Positions 22,218 to 31,931 of a stretch of DNA of 33,707 bases are shown piece after piece. A program made the position numbers and the translations under genes. Under the pieces are notes generated by a model that worked only from the letters and a program-made list of their open reading frames with translations, ran no database searches and was not told the origin of the DNA. Numbering within the stretch: position 1 is the stretch's first letter; every line of letters begins with the position of its first letter. The DNA is taken from contig CAWGVG010000004.1 of the NCBI GenBank assembly GCA_963825865.1, positions 1 to 33,707 on the forward strand, given 5' to 3'. Source of the stretch: an uncultured Nitrososphaeraceae archaeon. GTDB taxonomy: Archaea > Thermoproteota > Nitrososphaeria > Nitrososphaerales > Nitrososphaeraceae.

Positions 22218-23334
22218 GGGGTTGTTGCCTAATTCGTTTTAATTGACTGTAAATATGATTTCACGGTTTTCGATTTAGCTTAGAAAGGGTATGCACCCTC
22301 TTATTGACTTGCAAGCACAAGAGGAAAGATGGTTACTGGTTGTGTTACCATCTAGCACATACCCTAGAACGAGATATGCTTATCGAAAATATAGTTTCTC
22401 TGGTCAAAGAAAATCCTCCTCCTACTTCAAAGAAGAACAGTAATAGAGGAAGGAAACCAATTCATTCTTGGGAAAAACTTGTCTGTATTTGTATATTGAT
22501 GGTTGTTTTCGGTTCAACGTACAGAGATATACAGAATATAGTACCCTCTCTTAATTTGCCATGGAATAACGAGCCATATCCAGATCATACGTGGATATCA
22601 CGTACATTCAAGAAGATACCGCTGATATATCTTGAACGTGTACTAATATGGTCAGCTTATCTATGTTTGAAAGAATCAGGCTGGAAGAAGGGTATTCTCG
22701 CATCAGATAGCACCGGTGTAGAGACAAACAGGTACGGATACGAAGTACGATTTATCAAAAATAGTAGTAGTAAGAAATTCGAAAAGATAAGGGTAAAACA
22801 GTATCTGAAATGGCATATCACAGGGATACTTGATCATCTCATAATACTTAATACACGACTTACCAGTAAGAAAACACACGATTCTCCAGTACTCCGAACA
22901 ATGCTAAACAGATTGAAGAAATATAGATTAGACTTTGCAGGTTCAACATTCAATGGTAACAGAGCTTATGATGGCAACAAGAACTTCCAGTCAGTGTTTA
23001 ACATGAACATGCTTCCAAATATCAAGCAGAGAAAAAACTCCAAGAACAAGAATAGCAGTAGTAAGAAGAACAAATACAGAAAGAAGGCTGCAAAGATATT
23101 CAATGCATCAATATATCGTTATAGAGGATTGATAGAAGGAATATTTGGAGATGAAGAAACTAAACATCATCATCATCAACTATACTGCACATTCAGATTA
23201 AAGAACAATCAGAAAAGATTTGGATTAATTAAATCAATAGGCTGGAACCTAGAAGTCCTTAACAGACTACAATGTGCAAACAAACTGGGAATAAAGGTGA
23301 CACCATATGCGATATCAAATTAGGCAACAACCCC
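22218..23334 (+). mobile_element. IS5/IS4-superfamily-like insertion sequence (1117 bp)
   Basis: 17-bp perfect terminal IRs GGGGTTGTTGCCTAATT (22218-22234 / 23318-23334). No TSD visible. Confidence 0.88.
22304..23323 (+). CDS. DDE transposase (IS5-like, DDE_Tnp_1)
   Basis: PDHTWISR, ASDSTG, HDSP, GNRAYD and YRYRGLIEGIFG (YxxRxxxE). Start codon uncertain. Confidence 0.85.
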   Translation: MTCKHKRKDGYWLCYHLAHTLERDMLIENIVSLVKENPPPTSKKNSNRGRKPIHSWEKLVCICILMVVFGSTYRDIQNIVPSLNLPWNNEPYPDHTWISRTFKKIPLIYLERVLIWSAYLCLKESGWKKGILASDSTGVETNRYGYEVRFIKNSSSKKFEKIRVKQYLKWHITGILDHLIILNTRLTSKKTHDSPVLRTMLNRLKKYRLDFAGSTFNGNRAYDGNKNFQSVFNMNMLPNIKQRKNSKNKNSSSKKNKYRKKAAKIFNASIYRYRGLIEGIFGDEETKHHHHQLYCTFRLKNNQKRFGLIKSIGWNLEVLNRLQCANKLGIKVTPYAISN

Positions 23335-23678
23335 GGTTGGTAAATAAGAACGGCGCTATAAACATATGAGGCGAGTACTGTTCCATAATGATAGACGAGC
23401 AGGATTTGCTTTGAATAGAACAGAAGGCATGACAACAGTTATTCTATAAGTCAGCCAGCTTTATTGGTGTATTTTTGCGAAAAATGAGGACATTTCTAAT
23501 GCTTTTACGATAACAGGGTATTTCTCGGGTACTTTCATATTTAGTTTTCGGGCATATCTGTCCTGTATTCTTTGTATGTGAACTTTTTACAGAAACTAAT
23601 AGGTTCAGGATCACATTGAAATGGTATCAGCAGATTGCTTGAACTTGCCGGAGATAAGGACAAAACTTGCAATAGAAC

Positions 23679-24008
23679 CTAGGTTTCTTCTACGAGTATT
23701 AGACGATTATTAAACTCAAGAGCGAGACTTTTTTGTTTAAGCATAATACGAATTTTATTTGCGAATTCTATTAAACCATCCTCTTTAGCATCGTTAACAT
23801 GCACTTCTACCCGCATATATTTAGTGGGTTCAAACTTACCTTCAAAATAGCCGTCAAATTCTATTAGGGACATGGCACCATATTGCTCGGCTATGCGACG
23901 CATTATTTCCAAATATCCTTCTGTTCGTGGAAGATAAAATTTTATAGAATCGTTTAAAATTCTCACTTTATAACTCATAGTTGTTGTTCCTTTAGCACTG
24001 TTAGGCAT
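23679..24008 (-). CDS. Small hypothetical protein, possibly DUF3574/PII-like ferredoxin fold
   Basis: Alternating beta/alpha pattern, YGAMSLIEFDGYF...IRIMLKQKSLALEF. May start at the second Met (MSYKVR). Confidence 0.55.
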   Translation of the reverse strand: MPNSAKGTTTMSYKVRILNDSIKFYLPRTEGYLEIMRRIAEQYGAMSLIEFDGYFEGKFEPTKYMRVEVHVNDAKEDGLIEFANKIRIMLKQKSLALEFNNRLILVEET

Positions 24009-24095
24009 TAATATTATGTGCTAGAACATTAGTTAAATCTTAGATCTACTAAATATCTTGCCCATGGTAGAAAAGTGTTCCAGCCAGATAGCGGC

Positions 24096-24682
24096 TATAA
24101 GAAGGAGTTCTTTCCAAATTTGTTAGAGATCCAACTATACTGCCAAAGCCAAAGATAAGTTCAAAGCTCTTTCTTAACGAACCATTTAATCAATACATTC
24201 GCAGACACGGCTCTTACAGAAAAAAGCGTCAAACTAAAATCTAGTACACTGTCCCAACATACGGGCTGGAGTCCTACAAGTAACATGTCCCAGAAGTAGA
24301 TACACTATTTTGGTAACGAAAGTTCTGAATCATTGCTAGAAGCATATAGCATAGTCACCAAAAACAATATTCCTATAGATACTCTAAATCCAAAGATCTG
24401 TACAAACTGCAATGAAGGTAATACCCAAGACGCCAAATTCTGTGTTAAATGTAAATGATAATGAGCTTTGAGTGATACCTACAAGCGCTAGAATCAGAAA
24501 AGAAAAAAGAAGACGAACTACAGGATATGAAGAAACGGTTCAACAACATGGAATCTATTCTTGAGAAATTAATTGCAGGCCTTTCCAAGGCCACAGATCA
24601 ACATCAGTTTAACACAATGACACAGTCATTGTTTTCATCAGGAGTCCTGAAGATAGGAGAAGAAGAAACAGAAAGGAAGTAG
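24096..24682 (+). pseudogene. Tyrosine recombinase C-terminal half with zinc ribbon, heavily decayed
   Basis: Across frameshifts: PFNQYIRRH.ALTEKS...QHTGWSPTSNMSQK*IHYFGNESSESLLEAY...PKICTNCNEGNTQDAKFCVKC. The expected catalytic Tyr position is a TAG. Confidence 0.78.
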
Positions 24683-24725
24683 TAGTATTGGTACCTGCTC
24701 GGCATGGCAGCAGTAGTAATAGACT

Positions 24726-26024
24726 TTAAACGGGATTAAAATTTTTTCTGTGCATAAATATTTTCTCAAGGCAAACTCCTTCTATTAAGTCAGGTGGAAA
24801 GTTGTATTCATCATAAATAACCTTCCAGTATTTTTCGTTTACCAGCTTGATAAGTCCACGTACCACTTTCTCATTGTTTTCGATAGTTGCATTAATGTCT
24901 GCTACGAAAGTCTCCTTCTTTTTCTTTTCCTTTTTACTCTTAGACGATTTCCTGCTCCTTAAATGAGCGGCATGAATAATTCTATCGGCCTCTCTTTCAC
25001 CGTATAGCCACGTCAGCATTCGTATCTCGGCCTCGTTCGGTATTTTTAATAAATAAGTGATTTTATCGCGCAGTATGTCTAGTTGGAGCCCTTGTATAGT
25101 CCAGATCCTGTAGATCAACTCCCGTAACAATCCGTCGACAAAAATGAATCTGGTGTAGTCCTCGCTTCTTTTGTTGTTTTTGTTTTCATCAGTCATCATA
25201 AAGCCAGTTTATGATAGGTCTGACCAGGTGGTTTTCTCGTAAGGCGTTAAATGCTTTATCTAATTCTTCTTCTGTCGTAGTTGTTATTTCTTTTCTGTGA
25301 AATAAATGCCGTTCGCAAATGGTGCGAATATGTGAGCATTATTATTATCATTATCATCATCAGAAGAAAGGTTATGTATCAGAGGTCTTGCCAGGTGGTT
25401 TTTTACTTCTTTTAACGAGAAGCTTTCAAGCCTGTAATAATAGAAGATCTTGGTCAGCTTATGGGGCCCTTAATCCGGTACTCGGCCTTGGAAATTTTAG
25501 CATGTTCTATAGACCTGTAGTTTACTTCTGAATAATTCGTTCCCTCGACATGATGGCTGCTCTCAGGAATCAAGTCTTTTCTAGATTTTTGGATGCGAGA
25601 TAATGCCTTATCGAGCTGCCTCGCCTGAAGAAATATGTCTTATGGGGCTGAATGCCATGAAGAAAAACAACAAATGATACAGCTTGCGACGCCTTTCCTT
25701 TACCGGATCATTTCCCAAAGTGCCAAACAGACGTTCTTTTTTTGCATTGGCTGTCAATGAATAATACACCTTTGGCATTCTCCTTTTGTTTGGGTCGTAT
25801 TGCTCTTCTTCTCTGATCAATCTGTTTTCATTTACCATAATTTTCAGTTGAGCGGTAAAATCTCGGTCAGATAACTTCCCTTCTTCATCACTTTCTATTT
25901 GATGGAGTAGTTTGCTATTGACTTTGTAGTAAAGTTCGGTATAGTTTAGACGTCCTTCATTGGCTTCGAAAAGGACTTCTGCTATGGCGTCGACAATGTC
26001 TTGTTTGAAGTATTTAAGCAACAT
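24726..26024 (-). pseudogene. Large hypothetical protein with N-terminal winged helix and several frameshifts
   Basis: ORFs 25608..26024 (LSDRDFTAQLKIMV...KVYYSLT) and 24726..25199 are bridged by open protein-like segments (QLDKALSRIQKSRKDL..., EEELDKAFNALRENHLVRPII). Confidence 0.55.
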
Positions 26025-26032
26025 GGTAGCGG

Positions 26033-26417
26033 CTACCGTGAATCTTTGTTATAAAGCTTATTCAATATATTGGCATCATATGTCTCTACTCCTTTTTGAG
26101 CACATATCAATCCCTCTTGACTAAGTAAAAAACCTCCTAGTTCACCAATATTTTCCCTTAAATGTTCTCTTTCTTTTAAACCAGCAATAACAGACATTAT
26201 AGCTTCAAGAATCGACCTCATCATCTCCATAGATGCCTTCTAATAGTCCATAAATCTTGAGAAAAAGTTCCTTTTGATCGGTTGATTCTTTCTTTATGTT
26301 TTCAGAAAAATCCTGAGTCATTTTCTTCATCGAAGGAATTCCGAATTCAATAGAAGCTCCAGCACCAAAGAAGAGTCCTACCTTGTCTGCAGCAATAGTC
26401 TCTGGACTTGAAGTCAC
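26033..26417 (-). pseudogene. SIR2-like (SIR2_2) domain N-terminal fragment, frameshifted and truncated
   Basis: VGLFFGAGASIEFGIPSMKKMT is the GAGxS...GxP motif. It continues as LEAIMSVI in ORF 26033..26230. No TTNYD or HG motifs follow. Confidence 0.68.
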
Positions 26418-26521
26418 ACTAATCAGTTGAACTTAATTTGGAATATAAGTATTGATCCTTTATTTATCTGTAGGTTTGTGTCTGAAAAATCATCATCCAT
26501 CAAACCCGAATTAGAAAAAGA

Positions 26522-26561
26522 AAAACATAAAGTTGATGATGCTCTTGTTACTGTAGATAAG
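26522..26561 (+). repeat. Imperfect direct repeat, copy A (partner 29379-29415)
   Basis: AAAACATAAAgTTGAtgATgctcTTGTTACTGTAGATAAG; shares a perfect 17-mer and a 10-mer with copy B. Confidence 0.8.
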
Positions 26562-26735
26562 CGCCTAGGCTTATTCTAATAAATCGCGAAGGTAACTTAT
26601 AGCCCTTAAATTTTCTACCATCTAATGTAATCTCTGGAGTGGGTTCTATAAATCAATAGATAACTTAAGAAGAATTATTTATAACCATCTAGCAGATGGT
26701 TCATTTATACGATTTACGAAACATTTCCATAGCTA

Positions 26736-28131
26736 ATGCTTAATCTAAATATACTTATTTGGATTTTTTTACTAGGTACATTTAGTTACTTATTATTTAG
26801 TTATTTGGTTAATAGAGATTATGCAATAGCTCAGACTGTTCCATTTACAAATCACACTAACACTCTTCAAACCTATCAGAATAATAAGATAATACAGAAT
26901 GAATGTAGTACAGTTAGGTAATGCAGCTTCTATAGTGGTCGATGTTGATAAGACGACGTATTGGCCAGGACAGGTCGCAATGGTTTCTACAAATGTAACA
27001 GATGATAAAGGTTGTCCAATTAACGCAAGGGTAACAATAGATGCTATATATCATGATTCAAACAGGGATATAGAGGTCTACAAACAAACAATACTCACAA
27101 AAAGTGCCTATCTTTCTAATTTCGGAATAGGTGGATTAATTCGAACAGGCGACTATAATGTTACAGCAAGTACTATAATAAATGGTAAAGAAGAAAAGTC
27201 TTGGAATACATTTCGAGTTGTAAATCTTTATCAATCTCCACCAGGTTATCTGCTATTCATAGCTCTGTTTTCTTTTTCGGCGCTTGTAATTATAACTTCA
27301 ATACGGAAAATTAGAATGCGATTGGCAAGTGAAATATTGCGATTCGCATTCATTTCTTTTTTTGTGTTATCAACTATAGGAACTTTTATCTTCGTAAACG
27401 AAGATTTTGGTAGAGGTTCACCAGTTGGTTTAGTTAGAAAACCAGCCATAGATGGACAGTGGGTTATAAACATTGGAGGAAACATGGATTATACAACTGG
27501 TGTTCAAGTTCCCGTTTACGTTTTCATATTCGGGATAGCAGGAGGATACCTAAGATATCTATACAATACATCTAAAATACGGACAAATGTACAAACCCCA
27601 GATGGAATATGTCTATTTAATTGGAATGATGTTCCAGGAAAAGATAGCGACAGACTCAGATTTTTTCTAAAACATAAACTTAAGCTCAATTGGATAACTG
27701 ATGGAGAATTTGAAAATAGAGGAAACACTATAAGCATAAGAGTTCCACCTCGCATATCATCAGCAAATTTAACTTCTGAATCAAAACCACACATATTATC
27801 TATTATTCGTGAGGGTGGAGGTGCCAGGACCTTGGCCGACAATAAAATGGTATATAGATTTACTCTAAAGAATGAGGATGGTAGTCTGAATGTTTATCCA
27901 GAAACATTTGGACAAAGATGGTTATTCTACCAATCGTTGGAAGATATTGCATTGCTTTTGTTATCTCCCTTACTTGCAATTGCTGTCTGGTTGCTACTTG
28001 TTCAAGGTGGAGTTCAAGACCAAACTGGTACACCTATGCTTGCAGTAATTAGTTTCACGACTGGTCTTGTTACTGATGATGTAATACAATCTCTGATAAG
28101 GTTCGTAAGTTCTAAGCTTAGGAACTACTAA
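26736..28131 (+). pseudogene. Multi-pass membrane protein with signal peptide and Ig-like extracellular domain; 1-bp frameshift near 26910
   Basis: The signal/TM segment in 26736..26921 joins 26899..28131 (VDVDKTTYWPGQVAMVSTNV...GDYNVTAS beta-sandwich, then about 5 TM helices). Confidence 0.65.
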
Positions 28132-28370
28132 AGCTGATGAAGAAAAAGCTCATGATTTAGCAAACGTTAGATGAATAAGCACACTTTAATTAATGAAGGT
28201 TAATTGATTCTATGCGAAAGCTTCAATAACACATATTCATTCGAAAGATATACATATTAAAACCGGGGAATATTATTTCTAAAATGTAAGAACTACTCTA
28301 GGCCATACTACTATACTTGCTTTGACGAACAATATACATAAGAGTTAGTTCTTAAAAACATACAATTACC

Positions 28371-29225
28371 TTGGCAAAGATCTCGCAGACAACTATCTTA
28401 TCGTTGATGCTCCTAGTTGTTTTGGTTATTGTTTTGTCTATGTTTCAAACTGCATTTTCACAACAAGGGCTGGGACCAGACCAGAGACAACAGCGAGGAC
28501 ATGGAAATCAAGTGCTGGGACCGGATCAGAGACAACAGCAACCGCAAGAACATCAACAACAAGGACAGCAACCACACAATCAAGGACAACATCAACAAAA
28601 CCATCAAGGACAACATCAACTAATCCATCAAGGACAGCCACCAAGCGGATGCCTAATTGCAACTGCCGCATTTGGTAGTGAATTAACACCGCAAGTTCAG
28701 TTTCTTAGAAATTTTAGAGATGTTTATATATTTTCGACTGTATCTGGGTCAGATTTCATGAGTGTATTTAATGCATGGTATTATTCTTTTAGCCCATATG
28801 TTGCTAATTATGAGAGAGATCATCCCTGGTTTCAACATATAGTTAAAGCAGCTATATATCCTCTTTTTGGTATTTTGATATTGTCAGAAAAAGCTTATTC
28901 ATCAATTCCCGGTGAGTATGGAGCAGTTGTAGCAGGTTTAGTTGCGAGTTCATTAATAGGAGCAGTATACTTCTCACCAGTGGCTTTCGCTATTAAACAA
29001 TTAAGAAGAGTTAAGATCAGCTACAAACTTGCCATTTACATAATTACGGCTGTAATTGGATTTATTGTTGGATCGATATTGTCTGCTAATCATACTGTTA
29101 TTATGATTTCTACATCTCTACTAGTTTTAGTAACCATTGCACTTTCATCATTATTTTTTGTGAGGACGGCCTTTGAATTTGCTAACGTGATTAACAGAAA
29201 AGTTCATAATCACTCTCTTATGTAA
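28371..29225 (+). CDS. CFI-box-CTERM domain surface protein with Gln/His-rich N-terminal repeats
   Basis: Signal peptide; SGCLIATAAFGSELTPQVQFLRNFRD...FNAWYYSFSPYVA; C-terminal TM helices. Confidence 0.85.
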   Translation: MAKISQTTILSLMLLVVLVIVLSMFQTAFSQQGLGPDQRQQRGHGNQVLGPDQRQQQPQEHQQQGQQPHNQGQHQQNHQGQHQLIHQGQPPSGCLIATAAFGSELTPQVQFLRNFRDVYIFSTVSGSDFMSVFNAWYYSFSPYVANYERDHPWFQHIVKAAIYPLFGILILSEKAYSSIPGEYGAVVAGLVASSLIGAVYFSPVAFAIKQLRRVKISYKLAIYIITAVIGFIVGSILSANHTVIMISTSLLVLVTIALSSLFFVRTAFEFANVINRKVHNHSLM

Positions 29226-29378
29226 TATAAAAACTGTGAAATAGTCTAATATAAAACACGCCATCGCCGATTTATGCTTCAACTAGTTGAAGCTGAATTA
29301 ACTGCACCCACATGGAGACCTATTAGAGCCACCGTACTGGAGGACTTGATAAAGTGGTTTTACCTGAGAACAGTTAGT

Positions 29379-29415
29379 AAAACATAAAATTGACAATATT
29401 GTTACTGTAGATAAG
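29379..29415 (+). repeat. Imperfect direct repeat, copy B (partner 26522-26561)
   Basis: AAAACATAAAaTTGAcaATaTTGTTACTGTAGATAAG, ending 13 bp before the terminase-like ATG. Confidence 0.8.
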
Positions 29416-29428
29416 AAGCATAGTAACA

Positions 29429-30952
29429 ATGACATTCAAGGACCTGAAGAAGAGGATAATAAACAGCAGCTTCAATCAACAACAAACACAGTCTTTTGAT
29501 AAACTACAGAACAAACCATTCTGGATCTGGAACATACAAGAGCATAAGTTGGAAGACGTCAGGACAAAAGGAGAGTGCTGCTTTAACCACATAATTGGAT
29601 TGCCAACAAAAGACGGATTGGAAAAACCAATTTTCGATTACCAGGAATTGTTGTATGAGGCTTTGCTTTCACCGGACTTTTGCAATCCCCTGAATTACGG
29701 TTTCAAAGATAAGCACCTGTGGATAAAAAAGGCAACAGGATTAGGAGTTACCGAATTTTTTCTTCGGTTTATGGCATGGCTCTGTTTGAGAAATAATGAC
29801 TATAGAAATAGCCAGATGTGCATAGTTACAGGCCCTAACATAGACATTGCCATCAAGCTGATAAAGAGAATGAAGTCATTATTTGAGAGAAAGATGGGGT
29901 TAACTTTTGCAAACAAGGAAACAGTACTGGAACTAAATGGGTGCAGAATTGAAGCTTATCCTTCAAACCACATAGATGCATACAGAGCTTTGGATAATCC
30001 CAAATTCATTTTACTTGATGAAGCTGACTTTTTCAGGAAAGGAGAACAGGAAGATGTCAGGCATGTTTCTGAAAGGTACATTGCCAAGTCAGACCCTTAC
30101 ATAGTCATGGTTTCAACACCAAATGCTCCTGACGGCTTATTTGAACATATAGAAAAAGAAGGTGAAGAAACTTGCATTTACAAAAGACTGCTCCTAGATT
30201 ACACTTATGGCCTTGGCAAGATATACACCCAGGAGGAGATAGACAAGGCCAAAGCCTCGCCATCATTTGAAAGAGAGTACAATTTAAAATACCTTGGGCT
30301 TATCGGAAATGTCTTCCATACCAAAGATATTGAAGCTGCAATTCAGAAAGGTACAGGATACAGCCCGTCTGAGATAAACGACTACTCCCAGAAATCCATG
30401 GGAATAGATCCAGCTTTTGGATCATCTGCCTTTGGAATTGTAATCACGCAGCGAGTTGACAACCAGATACAGATAATGCACGCCGAGGAATACCAGAGGC
30501 CTGACTTCAACCAGATGTTATCTGTAGTATGGGATCTCTTCAGGAGGTTTGGCAAAATAAACAAGATATACATCGACGGCTCCAACCCATCATTTATTAG
30601 AGCTCTGAAAATACAGATAGGCGAAGACGAAGAATACGAGGAGATAATAAAGGAAGCAAAGAGCAGAAAGCGAAATTATGAATTTAGCATGGATGTAGTT
30701 CCTGTAAGTTTCGCAGCTGAGCACAAATCCATGCTTGGAAACTGCAAAATGTTCCTGGAAAGAGATGGGGGATATATTGCAATAAATCCAAAGTTTGACA
30801 AATTGATAACATCACTAAGAACGGCAGTAGAAAATGATGGCATGCTGGACAAGGAAGCCACATCATATGACGATATATTTGACGCCTTCAGGCTGGCAAT
30901 GTGCTACTACAGGTTTACCGAGTCCAGGAGTAGATCGTTATTGTCCATATAA
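29429..30952 (+). CDS. Terminase large subunit-like ATPase/nuclease
   Basis: Walker A-like IKKATGLGVTE, Walker B FILLDEAD, coupling motif VSTPN, FEREYNLKY linker, and RNase H-like acidic motifs MGIDPAFG, IYIDGS and DDIFDAFRLA. Confidence 0.8.
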   Translation: MTFKDLKKRIINSSFNQQQTQSFDKLQNKPFWIWNIQEHKLEDVRTKGECCFNHIIGLPTKDGLEKPIFDYQELLYEALLSPDFCNPLNYGFKDKHLWIKKATGLGVTEFFLRFMAWLCLRNNDYRNSQMCIVTGPNIDIAIKLIKRMKSLFERKMGLTFANKETVLELNGCRIEAYPSNHIDAYRALDNPKFILLDEADFFRKGEQEDVRHVSERYIAKSDPYIVMVSTPNAPDGLFEHIEKEGEETCIYKRLLLDYTYGLGKIYTQEEIDKAKASPSFEREYNLKYLGLIGNVFHTKDIEAAIQKGTGYSPSEINDYSQKSMGIDPAFGSSAFGIVITQRVDNQIQIMHAEEYQRPDFNQMLSVVWDLFRRFGKINKIYIDGSNPSFIRALKIQIGEDEEYEEIIKEAKSRKRNYEFSMDVVPVSFAAEHKSMLGNCKMFLERDGGYIAINPKFDKLITSLRTAVENDGMLDKEATSYDDIFDAFRLAMCYYRFTESRSRSLLSI

Positions 30953-31104
30953 TCTTATATGCTATAGAGTCTGTGATATGCTGATTTAACTTTATGCCTA
31001 TTGTAGTTGATGACTAAAAAGATACTTTAACATAAATCTTTGAACTATTATTTTGAATGTATCAAAAATTAAGCAATATTTGTATATGTTCTTTTATTAT
31101 CCAT

Positions 31105-31829
31105 TTACAGTCTTTTTACCTTCTTGTCTATTATATTATTCAACCAGTGAATTCCAGCAGTAGTTATTCTGTATATTGTGGAAGGTTCTTCTTCTTTTGT
31201 TTCTGCCGCATTTTCGGTACCAAACCTCAAGTCTTTTGTTACATGTCCTGATCTGATCATTTCCGATAACCTTGGGGTTACTGATTTGGGATTGGCTTTA
31301 GTTGTAGCAGACTCAATATCAGATATCTTCATGCCTTCTTCTTGGATTATTCCAAGGCCTTTAGCAATCCTTGATGCAACAAGTTGTAGAGCAACAAACT
31401 CTTTTATAGACCATTTTGCCTCGTGTTTGGTTTTAGAAGAGTCAGTCGTCTGCCACCGCGACCACCTTATCATCTTTGAGGCCTGATTCGTTTGGTGTTT
31501 CTTCTTGTATTATGTCTACTATTTTGGATGATGATGTATCAGGTTGAACTAACACTTGCACTCCCTCAGGGCTGATTTTGATTAGGCTGGAATACTTTTG
31601 CATAAGATAATCTTTATCATAGTATAGAGATATTTTCCTGGCTAGATCTACTTTTGGAAATTGCTTAATAAAGAAATCTACTGTAACTCTTAAGAACAGA
31701 TTGTAGAGGACCTTTGAATTGTACATTCATAGCCTGTGTAGTTATCGATACACTTACATCTTGCTCCTCCTCCCCTAAACTGGCATCGTTATTACTGTCT
31801 ACTACTTCTGATGATGATGATGATGACAT
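31105..31829 (-). pseudogene. Hypothetical protein with C-terminal winged helix; two frameshifts
   Basis: MSSSSSSEVV...NVQFKGPLQSVLKS, shift, TVDFFIKQFPKVDLARKISL...ISPEG, shift, SIKEFVALQLVASRIAK...NPKSVTPRLSEM...YRITTAGIHWL. Confidence 0.65.
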
Positions 31830-31931
31830 GTTGATGAGATAATTGATAAGAATGACGTCGATATTATATTATTAGCTTGGTCTTGGTAAGCTATTATTGT
31901 ATGTGTCTTGCTGTATTGTCCCGTATCTTTC

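Noticed and set aside
25216-25402. 18/20 direct repeat AGGTCTnnCCAGGTGGTTTT
   Set aside because: Explained as an internal protein repeat (NHLVRP/NHLARP) in the minus-strand gene; only two copies, so not an array.
28460-28640. Tandem repeats as a CRISPR-like array
   Set aside because: In-frame coding repeats without unique spacers; no cas genes recognised.
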